The notes beneath the pieces were generated by a model. That model had not been told where the DNA came from. It was given only the letters and a program-made list of their open reading frames with translations, and ran no database searches. A program made the position numbers and the translations under genes. This document shows positions 53,791 through 64,000 of a stretch of 64,000 nt of DNA, piece by piece. Positions within the stretch are counted from its first letter, which is position 1. Each line of letters opens with the position of its first letter. The stretch spans positions 1 to 64,000 of the forward strand of contig CAWJZV010000046.1 of assembly GCA_963847445.1 (NCBI GenBank), in the 5' to 3' direction. Origin of the DNA: an uncultured delta proteobacterium. Lineage in GTDB: Bacteria > Desulfobacterota > Binatia > UBA9968.

Positions 53791-54816
53791 ATGAAGAATG
53801 CCTCCTTCCGTCCGACCGTGAGCTTTCGCTTTAGCGCAATGCTGTTTGTCGGCTACTTGCTGGGCGGTGAAGTCTTTGCGCAAGTTCCATCCGCCAAGCC
53901 CGAAAAAAATCAGCTAGAGGTCGCGATCGCGGCATGGGGGGCGACATCGATTCCCACGGCGGTTGCGCTCGATGGCGGGTACTTTGCCAAGCATGGCCTG
54001 GCTGTGAATATTTCCGTGGTGGCGGCGAGCACATCGGTGCAGGCACTGATCTCGGGTAGAGTCGATATTTATCAAGGCGGCGCCACGGCGATCGGCGGCA
54101 ATCTCGGTGGGGCCGATATCATTTACGTCGGTGCTTCGGTGGATAAGAGTTCTCTGATGTTGCTTAGCCAAAAGGGCTTGACATCGTTCGAGCAATTCCG
54201 CGGCAAGACGATCTCGACAACCTCTCCCGGCGCGTTCGGCGAAATCGTCGTGCGCATGACGGCGCGCAAACATGGCATGGAAGTGGGCAAAGATGTGAAG
54301 CTGATCTATCACCGGACGCCCGGGGAAGCTTTGTCGACCTTTCTGGTTGGCAATGCCGACGGTTTGGTGATCGGCCCGCCGCACACCGATCTGGCCAGGC
54401 AAAAAGGCGCCACGGTGGTCGTCGACTATTACAAAGAAGGGGTGAAAATCATCGGTCCGGGCACCGCGGTGATGCGGGAGTTTGCTCAGAAAAATCCGAA
54501 TACGATCAAAGCCTATTTCATGGGGCATCTCGACGGCCTGAAACGCGCCATCGATGACGAGGAGTATGCAAAAAAGCTTGACACCAAGTATTCCAAGATT
54601 ACCGACGCAGCGTTACTCGCCGAAAATTACCGGCAAGGCTTGCGGGTCTGGAACAAAGACATGAGCGTCGATCCGGCGGCGATTCGCGTGGTGCTCGAAA
54701 ACTCACCGGACGACAAGGGAAAAGGCGCCGACCCGAAGCGGTTTTATGACAACTCGATAATCCAGGCGGTCAATCGCGATTACGCTTCGAGGCTATTCCC
54801 TGGGGAAGTGAAGTAG
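53791..54816 (+). CDS. NitT/TauT-type ABC substrate-binding protein
   Basis: Signal peptide, GYFAKHGL, FRGKTI, FYDNSII. Confidence 0.85.
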   Translation: MKNASFRPTVSFRFSAMLFVGYLLGGEVFAQVPSAKPEKNQLEVAIAAWGATSIPTAVALDGGYFAKHGLAVNISVVAASTSVQALISGRVDIYQGGATAIGGNLGGADIIYVGASVDKSSLMLLSQKGLTSFEQFRGKTISTTSPGAFGEIVVRMTARKHGMEVGKDVKLIYHRTPGEALSTFLVGNADGLVIGPPHTDLARQKGATVVVDYYKEGVKIIGPGTAVMREFAQKNPNTIKAYFMGHLDGLKRAIDDEEYAKKLDTKYSKITDAALLAENYRQGLRVWNKDMSVDPAAIRVVLENSPDDKGKGADPKRFYDNSIIQAVNRDYASRLFPGEVK

Positions 54817-54955
54817 GGCAGGGCGGATAGCTTGTTTCGGCGGAAATAGAGAACTGGTTCGCGCGTAACGGAACGACTAGGGAATGTCAGTGAGACATGG
54901 ATAGATTGCAAAGTACCCAGTCTGTTTAGAAAGTAAGGCGTGGCCCTGGCCCCGG

Positions 54956-55258
54956 TCACTGCGCGCCCATGTCGAGGGCGCGGTGCGCGGCATGAAAGAC
55001 AAAGCCTTCGCGATCAAGACCATGGGCAAGTATTTTCGCACCGACGACAAAGAAGTGCTCGACGAAACTTACGAGTTGAGCATCAAGACCGGCTTCACCG
55101 TGCCGCCGTATCCGGCGGGCATTCCCGGTCTGTTGCAAGACTTGGAAAGGACTACGCCCAAAGCTAAAACCGCCAAGCCTGAGGAGTTCATCGACAACCG
55201 GCTAGTGCGTGAGATGGATCAGAGCGGGTTTGTGAAGTCGCTGCTGGCGGGGAAGTGA
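54956..55258 (+). pseudogene. 3' fragment of a third NitT/TauT substrate-binding protein
   Basis: LRAHVEG...KYFRTDD.EVLDETY...PEEFIDNRLVREMDQSGFV matches the C-termini of the neighbouring binding proteins; N-terminal part absent. Confidence 0.7.
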
Positions 55259-55372
55259 GCGGAGCTGAACGGCGACGATAATATTCGAATAGAAATTACC
55301 AAGCCACACCGGTTCGTCTCTCTGCCAGCGATGAAATCATCGGGGAATTTTGAAAAAGCAGCTTAGCAATGG

Positions 55373-56956
55373 CTACAGGTCGTTGCCTGCGTAAGACATA
55401 TTAAAGCTTTTATTCACAGCGGAAAATCGGGCACGATGTTTTTGAGCAGGGCAAACGAGAGCGCGGGCCAGTTCGACAAATGACGGGTCTTTGACTTTCA
55501 CGCGGTAGAGTTTGCCTTCGCGGTCAACCATCACCCAGTGCAGGATCGCGCCGCGCCAGCCTTCGACCATCCCGAAGGCCGGTTCGAAAGCGGGCAGTGA
55601 ACCGAGCGGATTGGCAATCGCGCCGTCGGGCATTGCCGCGAGCGCCTGCTTGATCAGACTCACCGACTCGCGGACTTCTTCGACGCGCACCATCGTCCGC
55701 GCGTGCACGTCGCCCGACTCGAACACCGGCACGTGGAACTTCAGCGCGCTGTACGCCGCAAAGGGATGATCGCGCCGCACATCAACGTCCAGGCCCGAGG
55801 CGCGCGCCACGTAGCCCAGCACGCCGTGATCGGTCGCCGTCTTGAGGGTCAGACGACCCGCGCCCTCCAGGCGATCCATCAGCATGGTGTTGCTCAGGCT
55901 GATGTCGACGATTTCGTTGAAGTCGGCCAGGATCGAATCGAGTTCACGCGCCAGATCAAGTCCGATCGGCAGATCGTGGCCCACGCCGCCCGGCACGATC
56001 CCGCCGCGCAGCAGCCGGTTGCCGGTCAGGCGTTTGTTCAAGCGCAGCAGCCGCTCGCGGATGCGGAAGCAGTGCGAGTGGGCGACGGCAAAGCCGGTGT
56101 CGTTGCAGATCTCGCCGAAGTCGGCGATGTGGTTGTAGAGCCGTTCCATCTCCAGCAGGATGACGCGCAGATACTTGGCGCGGGCAGGCACGTCGCAGCC
56201 GGCCAGCGCTTCCACCGCCTGGCAGTAGGCCAGCGAATGACCGATGGTCGTGTCGCCGGAGATGCGCTCGGCCAGTTCCACGCCATCGGCCGGCGCAGCG
56301 ACCTTCGAAGAGTTTCTCCGTGCCTTTGTGCGTGAAGTAGAGGCGAATCTTCAGATCGATCACCGTCTCGCCGACCACGCTGAAGCGGAAGTGGCCCGGC
56401 TCGATGATGCCGGCATGCACCGGCCCGACCGGAATCTCGTAGACGCCCTCGCCGCCCACCGGCAGGAAGGGAAACGGCGTGCCGTCGTCCTCGAATTTCT
56501 CCGGCGGCGACGGCGTCTTTGCGCAGCGGAAAATAATCTTCCGGCCAGAAAGCGTGGCGCACCAGCGGGCGGGGATCGGGGTGGTCCATGGCTTCGATGC
56601 CGAACAGATCTTTGATTTCACGCTCGAAGCGCGAGGCCGGATAATAGAAGGTCGCCATCGAAGCGATGGTCGGGTCTTCGGCGGGCAGGTTTTTCGTGGC
56701 GTGCACGAACCAGTTCTCGCGGTCGTTGGCGAAGAGATAGTGGACTTCAAACACGCCCTTGTCGGCGCGGCGGTCGTTGGCGACCATCAGCCGCAGTTCG
56801 GCGTTGAAATCGGCGCGGAGAATCTTCGCCAGGTTGAGCGCATCGCCGCGCGCAATTTGAAAGTGCAATTCGTTGCCACGCAGGATGTGGACATTTTTGA
56901 CGCGGTTTTTGAAATTTGTCCGCAAGCGCGGCTTGGAGTTGGGTGAAGTTGGTCAT
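55373..56956 (-). CDS. Ehr large subunit (HyfG/HycE, NuoC+D-like) lacking NiFe cysteines; frameshifted
   Basis: FEREIKDLFG, GPVHAGIIEPGHFRF, HKGTEKLFE, ERISGDTTIGH, EGWRG, DPSF, NKSFNMSYAGNDL. Confidence 0.88.
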
Positions 56957-58468
56957 TTTGAAATAATCCCCACACTTTGATTGAGCAAGGTCGCCAGCGG
57001 CGCGGGCAGGGTCAGACCGAGCGTGACCAGCACAGCCACGTTAATCAACAGCAAGCGCAATGCGCCACGAGAAGCGTTCCGCCGGGCGTTCTGTGTTTAT
57101 TTCTTCTTCCGATGGCGTGCCGTACAGCATCTTGTTCAGATGACTGATGAACGAGACAAAGACCACCGCCAGCAGAGCCAGCGCCGCGCCCATCAGCCAG
57201 GGATGGTTGAGCGCGAAACCGGCGCGGAAGAGGGCGAACTCCGCGATAAAGATGCCGCCCGGCGGCAGGCCGATCAGGGTCATCAAGCCAACGGCGAACA
57301 GCGCGCCCGTCCACGGCATGGTTTTGAGCAAGCCGCGCGTTTTTGCGATCAGCGGCGATCTGTATTTGTGTTCGATGTTATCCACCAGGAAGAACATCAG
57401 CGACTTGGCGGCGGTGTGATTGACCAGATGCAACAGCGCGGCGAATGTGCCCAGCGGCCCCAGCGCCAGGCCGAGACAGATCAGGCCGGTATGTTCGATG
57501 CTGGAATAGGCCAACATGCGTTTGTAGTTCGTCGCCAGCACCACGCTGAAGGCGGCGATCAAGCAGCGAGAGCAGACCGAGCGCCATGAGCAGGTTGTTG
57601 GTGTAGCCAACTGCCCAGGGTCGCATCGGCCACCACCTTCCAGCGCAGAAGCGCGTACATCGCCACCGCGAACAAAGCCGACGACATCAGCGCGGTCAGC
57701 GGCGCGGGCGATTCGCCGTAGGCATCCGGCTTCCAGGTGTGCATCGGCGCGATGCCGGCCTTGGTCCCGTAGCCGATCAGCAGGAAGACAAACGCCAGGC
57801 GCATCACTTCGGGATGCAGGGAGGGCGCGGTGGCGAACAGCACGGTCCAGTTGAGGGCGTTTTCCGCGCGCCCCGACAGTGAGACAAAATCGAAGTAGGC
57901 CAGCACCGTGCCGGCAAAGGCCAGCGCGATGCCGACCGAGCCGATCAGGATGTATTTCCACGAGGCTTCGACGGAGGCTTTGTTGAGTTTGAGCGGGATG
58001 ATGAAGGCCGAAAATATGGTGGTGGCTTCGATCGCGATCCACATCACGCCGACGTTGTTGGCCGAGACCGCCAGCAGCATCGCGGCGATGAACAGGTTGA
58101 TGAAAACGTGATAGCGGCGCAATTGGTTGGGACCGTAAGCCAGTTCGCCCCAGTGCGGATTTTGGATCGGGCGCCCGAGGCCGGGGCTGAGAAATAATGT
58201 CAGCGTGGCAACGGCTGTCACGCACACCATCAGCAGGGCGGAGAGACTGTCGGCGCGCAGAACCTCGTCGAGGTTGAGCCATTCGAGCTTGAGTCCCCAG
58301 GTTGGGGTCTGACCGCCGATGACTTGCGCCACGAAGCCAAATGCCGCGCCGAGCGAAATAAGCGAAAGCCACGCGCCAATCCAGCCGACCAAGGCGCGAT
58401 ACGGGCGGACGAGAGACGCCAATCAAGGCGGCGAGTAAGGGAGGCAAAATCAGGAAGAAGAAAGTCAT
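56953..58468 (-). CDS. hyfF: HyfF-like antiporter-type membrane subunit; frameshifted
   Basis: WIAIEATT, EASWKY, GYGTKAG.APMHTW.PDAY, KRMLAYSSIEH, GLPP. Confidence 0.88.
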
Positions 58469-58478
58469 GGAGAGTCTC

Positions 58479-59140
58479 TCAGTGTTTGAGTTCGTTCAAC
58501 TGGTCAACGTCAATGGATTCAAACGTGCTGTGAATGTGATAGACAAAGACCTGCATCACGAGAAAGCCCATCAGCACGTCGAGGAACACGCCCAGTTCGA
58601 CGATGAGCGGGATGCCGAAGGTGCCCAGCACGGCCAGCAGGGCGATGCCATTCTCCATCACCAGAAAGCCGACGATTTGGGTCAGCGCCTTCTTGCGCGT
58701 GATGACGACGAATAGCCCGACGAAGATCAAGCCCCATCGCCAGCGGCAAGCCGCCGCGCGTGGGCAAGTCGCTGACCAGGACCAGCGGACGGGTGATAGC
58801 GTAGGCCAGCAGCACGAGCAGTCCGGCCAGGATCAGCGAGGTGGCCACGTTAACGTAGGGCTGTAGCTCGCGCTCGATCGCCAAAGCGTTTTTCCATACG
58901 CTCCAGATAGCGCGGCAGGATGAGGACCTTGAGAACGAAAAGCACAGCGGCGACAAAATACAGTTCCGGATCGTGGCCGAAGTAGCCAATGATGACAAAC
59001 ATAACCGTCAGCGCGGCCGACTGCCATTGAAAGACGCTCGTGTAAGCGTGCAAACTTTTGCGCCACAGCAAGGTAATGCCAAATAGCAGGACTACGCTGG
59101 AGCCGAGGGTGGAGAGTTGAGAGAAGAGGCTATCGTTCAT
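58479..59140 (-). CDS. hyfE: HyfE-like membrane subunit; frameshifted
   Basis: KVLILP, TRKKALTQIVGFLVMENG, PLIVELGVFLD, LNELKH. Confidence 0.88.
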
Positions 59141-59151
59141 AGGTTATCCGT

Positions 59152-59203
59152 GTAGCGCGAGATTCATCTCGCTTTATTTGGTGCGAGTTAAATCTCGCGT
59201 TAC
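59152..59203. repeat. GTAG-type REP-like palindrome between hyfC and hyfE
   Basis: gtagcgcgagattcatctcgc...gcgagttaaatctcgcgttac. Confidence 0.65.
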
Positions 59204-60142
59204 TTCAAAAGAAATGACGACGTGACCGCCAGCAGTGCCAGCACAAACGACATGCCCAGCAGTTCCGGCACGCGGAACAGGCGCAGTTTGGCGATGCGCG
59301 TTTCAACCACGGCTACCACTACAGCCCAACATCGCAAGTTTGAGAATGAGCGTCACGACAGCAATTGCCAGCGCCGCGGGGGTGAGCGTCAGTCGCCAAG
59401 CCCCACGGCACGAACAGGTTCGCCAGCAGGGAGAAGAAGATGGTCAGTTTCAACCATGACGCCCATTCAATCAGCGCCAGGTAGCGGCCCGAATATTCCA
59501 GAATCATGGCCTCGTGGATCATGGTCAGTTCCAGATGCGTGGACGGGTTGTCCACCGGCAGGCGTCCTGTCTCGGCCAGTGTGACGATGAAGAGCGCGGC
59601 GAAGGCCAGCAGATGACCAGGGCTGAGCGCCGAGCCAGGCTGCGTCAACGTGGCGGTAACGATGTGCCCCAGATTGGTCGAGCCCGCGCCCAGCGCCAGG
59701 CCAAAGATGGCCAGGGCAATCGTCGGCTCGGCGATGGCGGCCACGGTCATCTCGCGGCTGGCACCCATCCCGCCGAAGGCGGTGCCAGGATCCAGTCCGG
59801 CCAGCGCCAGGAAGAAAGTCCCCAGCAGCAGCAGATAGACGACCACCAGCAGGTCGCCGATATCGTCAAAGGGCAGGGGCGCGGCGATGAGCGGGACGAG
59901 GAAAGTCACTGCCACCGCGCTGGCAAAGACGATGTAGGGCGCAAAGCGGAACAGCCACGAGGCGTTGTTCGACATGACCACTTCTTTGCCGAACAACTTG
60001 GCGAGTTCAAAGTAGGGCTGCCGGAGGGCGCGCCGCGCCGATTTTGCAGGCGGGCTTTTACCCAGCGCACAAAACCCACCAGCCCCGGCGCCAGCAGCAG
60101 CGCCAGCAATGCTTGAGAAAATTCGAGAAGATAACCAGTCAT
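59200..60142 (-). CDS. hyfC: HyfC/NuoH-like membrane subunit; frameshifted
   Basis: KARLQNRRGA, GTAFGGMGASRE, ETGRLPVDNPSTHLELTMIHEAMILEYSG. Confidence 0.9.
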
Positions 60143-60170
60143 ATCAAAGTCTCCATAGCCGCTGGAGTTT

Positions 60171-60217
60171 ATCGGCAGATTTCGCAGATGGGCCAAAAAT
60201 CGGCGGAATCGGCGGTT
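60171..60217. repeat. Short 9-nt periodic REP-like palindrome
   Basis: The minus strand reads ccgccgattccgccgatt...atctgcgaaatctgccgat. Confidence 0.5.
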
Positions 60218-60222
60218 TTGTT

Positions 60223-62265
60223 CTAAAACCACCTCGCGGCTAAAAGCAAAATAATCAGAATCACCGTGACATACACCAGATATAAATGGAGCGAACCCGC
60301 CTGCAACCGCCGCACCTGGCGCGCCGCGAATCGCACCAGCCGCAGGAACGGGTCGTACAGCAAGCGCTCGAACAGCGGCGTGATTTCGCTCTTGTATTCG
60401 ATGGACTGGACAAAATATTTCGAGTCGGGGTGGAATTCAATCGTCAACTCTTTGGTCGGGCGGTAAAGTTCGGCGAAGACGCGGCGCAGCGGTTCGGCAA
60501 ACGCAGTGGCGGTGTATTCCATGCGCGGGGTCTGTCCCGTGCGGCCACAGCCCCAGGTGTCGCTCACGCGCAAGCGGCGATTGACGCGCAGAATCCACAT
60601 CACCAGCGGGATGAGCGCGAGGAGCATCAGCAACCCGAGCATAACCAGCGTGGGGGACATTTGCCCAAAAGCGGCAGGAGATCTGCACCGACACGTTAAA
60701 CGTGAAGGTCTGACGCGTATCGGGCAGACCGCCGAGGCCGTTCAGGACTCCGCCGACTACCAACAGCGGCAACGCACCACAAAGGGAGCGGCCAGCGAGG
60801 CCCAGCCCGACGCAAGCCAGCGCCAGGATCGCCCATGCCGATGCGCATCGAGAGCGGCGCCTCGTGGGCGTGTTCCGCTTCGTGGGAACGCGGGATGGCC
60901 AGGAAGGTGATGCCAAAGGCTTTGACGAAGCACGCCGCCGCCAGGCCGCTGGTCAGCGCCAGCATGCCCACCGCGATCGGCATCAACACCGCCACTTCAG
61001 GCACGGGGATGTTGAAGCCGCCCAGCAGGGCTTGAAACACCAGCCATTCCGAGGCAAAGCCGTTGAGCGGCGGCAGGGCCGAGATGGCGGCGGCGCCAAT
61101 CAAGAAGAAGAACGCCGTCCAGGGCATCCGCTTGATCAGCCCGCCCATCTCCTCCATGTTGCGCGTGTGCGTGGCGTGCAGGACCGAACCCGCGCCGAGG
61201 AACAGCAAGCCCTTGAAACTGGCGTGGTTGATGGTGTGATACAGCCCGCCGATGAAACCGAGCGCGGCCAGCGTCATCAGTCCGTAACTGTGGAAGACCA
61301 GCCCCGCGCCGATGCCGATCAGGATGATGCCGATGTTCTCGACCGAGTGATAGGCCAGCAGTCGCTTGAGGTCATGCTCCATCAGCGCATACAACACGCC
61401 GAGCAGCGCCGAGACCGCGCCAATGCTCAAGGACCAGTCCGCCCCACCAGACGGGACCGCCGCCGAGCAAATCCAGCGCCACGCGCATCAATCCGTAAAT
61501 GCCCATCTTGATCACCACGCCCGACATGAGCGCCGAGACGTGACTCGGCGCGACCGGATGCGCCATCGGCAGCCAGATATGCAGCGGCACGATGCCCGCC
61601 TTGGCGCCGAAGCCGAACAACGCCAGCAGGAAAATTGCATCGCGGGTCAGCGGCGCGAGCAAGGCCGAGGTCGAGCGCATAGCCACAAATGAAGCGGTCA
61701 ACTCGCCGCCGGAGAGCAGGAGGAACATCGCCACCAGCGCGGCAAAGCCCGCATGGGTCATGGCAAGATACCAGTTGGCGGCGCGCACCGTGCCAGGCTG
61801 GTCGTTCTCGGTCAGCACCAGCCAGTAGGCCGAGAGCGACATCACTTCCCACATCAGCAAAAAGGTCAGGGCGTTGTCGGCCATCACTTGCAGGCTGAGC
61901 GACAGCAGCAGCACGTTGAGCATCGCGCCGAGCATCCGCAGGGAGTAGCGGCCTTCATAGGCCGCTGAGTAGCCGAAGCCATAGAGCGAAGCGGACGCGC
62001 CGACCAGGCCGATAACGATCAGAAAGAACGCACCCAGCCCGTCGAGCCGTAGGGCAAAGCCTGTCAGCGGTAGAAAAGATGGGATGGAAAACTGAATCAG
62101 CTCACCCGATGCCAGAGCCGCGACTCCCAGAGCGAATCCCGCGCCTGCGCCGATGACCGCTCCCAGCGCGGACAGTCCGCGACTGAGAACGCCGCGTCCA
62201 AAGACCAGCGCACCGACTGCGCCCAAGGCGTAACCTGAAAGCATCAGCAGGAATAGGGACATCAT
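60223..62265 (-). CDS. hyfB: HyfB-like antiporter-type subunit, downstream copy; frameshifted
   Basis: [58 protein letters not shown]...RMEYTA. Confidence 0.9.
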
Positions 62266-62292
62266 AAGGTGTAAGCGGTTGGCAAATTTACT

Positions 62293-64000
62293 TTACTGGC
62301 CTGTCCACAACGACGCGACCAGCATCAGTACCAGCATGACGAAAAGATAAGCCACGTAGCCGTGCAGGGAACCGGACTGAAACCGCCGCACGCGCAGGCT
62401 GATCCATTGCGTGACGTCCAGCAACGGCGCGTAGAGAAACTCTTCGAACCACGAGCGGATGTCGCTCTTGTACTCGATGGACTGCACGAAGTATTTGGAC
62501 TCGGGGTGGAAGTCAATCGTCAGTTCTTTGGTCGGGCGATAGAGTTCGGCAAAGACGCGGCGCAACGGTTCGGCAAACGCAGTGGCGGTGTACTCCATGC
62601 GCGGCGTCTGCCCGACGCGGCCACAGCCCCAGGTGTCGCTGACGCGCAGGCGGCGGTTGACGCGCATGACAGCCATCACCAGCGGCGCAAGTCCCAGCAC
62701 GATCAGCAAACTGAGCGCGATCAGCGTCGGCGAGATTTGGGCGAAGCCTTCGGGCATTTGCAGGGAAAGGTCCGCGGAAAACGTCGGCGCGACGGCGGGC
62801 AGTCCGCCTATCCCGGCGACGACGCGCCCCAGGATCGGCACGATGACGGTGGGCGTCAGCCCCAGCAGCGACGCAGGCGAGGACGAGCAACCCCATGCCC
62901 GATCCGCATCGAGAGCGGGCGACTTCGTGCGCGTGCGCGGCTTCGTCCGAGCGCGGGATGGCCAGGAAGGTGATGCCGAAGGCTTTGACAAATCCGGCGG
63001 CGGCCAGACCGCCCGTCAAGCGCCAGCAGCCCGACCGCGAGGGTCATCAGCGCGGCGACAACGGGCTGCGGAATGCTCACGCCTGGCAGCAGCGATTGGA
63101 ACAAGAGCCATTCGCCGACAAAGCCGTTGAGCGGCGGAAGGCCGGCAATCGCCACCGCGCCGATCAGAAAGAACAACGCCGTCCACGGCATCCGCTTGAT
63201 CAGCCCGCCCATCAGGTTCATGTCGCGGGTGTGCGTGGCGTGCAGGACCGAGCCGGCGCCCATAAACAGCAGCCCCTTGAAGGCGGTGTGATTCAGCGCG
63301 TGATACAGCGCGGCGACGAAGGCCAGCGCCGCCGCTGTCGGCAGGCCGCGCGCGCCGAACAGCAATCCCGCGCCGACACCGATAAAGACGATGCCGATAT
63401 TCTCGACGCTGGAGTAGGCCAGCAGACGCTTGAGGTCGTTCTCCATCAGCGCGTACAGAATTCCCAGCAAGGCGGAGACCGCGCCAACGGCCAGCACGAG
63501 CGCGCCCCACCAGGTCGGCCCGCCGCCGAGCAAATCCAGCGCGACGCGCAAAATGCCGTAGACGCCCATCTTGATCATCACGCCGGACATCAACGCGGAA
63601 ACGTGACTCGGCGCGGCAGGATGGGCGCGCGGCAGCCAGACGTGAAGCGGCACGATGCCCGCCTTCGAGCCAAAGCCGAGGAAGGCCAGCAGGAAGATCA
63701 GGTTGCGCGTCGTCGCCGAGAGCGAGGCCGCGCCTGCGCGCAGATCGGCAAACGCGCCCGTCCCGCCATTCATCAGCAGCACAAACGCGGCCAGCAACAG
63801 CGCCAGCCCGGCGTGCGTCATGGCGATGTACCACAAGCCCGCGTTCCGTACTCGCTCTTCGCCTGATTCGGTGATGACGAGAAAGTACGAGGCAAGCGAC
63901 ATGCCTTCCCACATCAGCAGGAACGTGAGCACGTTGTCGGCCAGCGTGACGAGGCTCATCGTCAGCAGAAACAGATTGAACATCACGCCCAGCAAAGGCA
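62293..64000 (-). CDS. hyfB: HyfB-like antiporter-type subunit, upstream copy; 5' end outside the window; frameshifted
   Basis: [49 protein letters not shown]...RMEYTA. Confidence 0.9.

Noticed and set aside
41380-55372. Intact prophage or ICE
   Set aside because: No structural, replication or conjugation genes and no second att site are present; only an integrase remnant remains.
55373-56956. Functional NiFe hydrogenase or formate hydrogenlyase
   Set aside because: Both Ni-binding CxxC motifs are absent.

Overview
A GC-rich bacterial chromosome segment. The gene content (NitT/TauT-type binding proteins, amidohydrolase, cupin, TPP enzyme, deltaproteobacterial-type housekeeping gene order) suggests Candidatus Binatia or a relative; this is inference. 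Single-base indels break many genes, including essential rpoD, dnaG and ispA, so I treat them as sequencing or assembly errors and rejoin genes across frames. Layout: (1-7.6 kb) 3'-truncated hppA, an oxidoreductase, a TPP enzyme, SirB1 and a B12 radical SAM protein. (7.7-14.4 kb) ftsE-ftsX-envC-ctpA-xseA-M23-xseB. (14.4-31.4 kb) a ~17 kb carotenoid/photoprotection island that splits the usual xseB-ispA-dxs-tlyA run; it carries an acyltransferase, glycosyltransferase, unknown exported protein, esterase, class II photolyase, DUF523/DUF1722, TIGR01777, an atypical cobalamin-binding/XRE regulator, crtE-crtI-crtB, a ketosynthase-methyltransferase-flavoprotein-stub cassette and cruF. (31.4-41.4 kb) ispA-dxs-tlyA-GDPD-rpsU-yqeY-cvpA-dnaG-rpoD-tRNA(CAT). 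(41.4-55.3 kb) a tRNA-anchored accessory region with an integrase remnant, several sigma54-type promoters, Flp pilin, lipoproteins, otsB and orphan binding proteins. (55.4-64 kb) an Ehr (Ni-free hydrogenase-4-like) membrane complex with two tandem HyfB-like subunits. The best candidate for an undescribed system is the carotenoid island with its non-canonical B12-domain regulator and embedded ketosynthase cassette.
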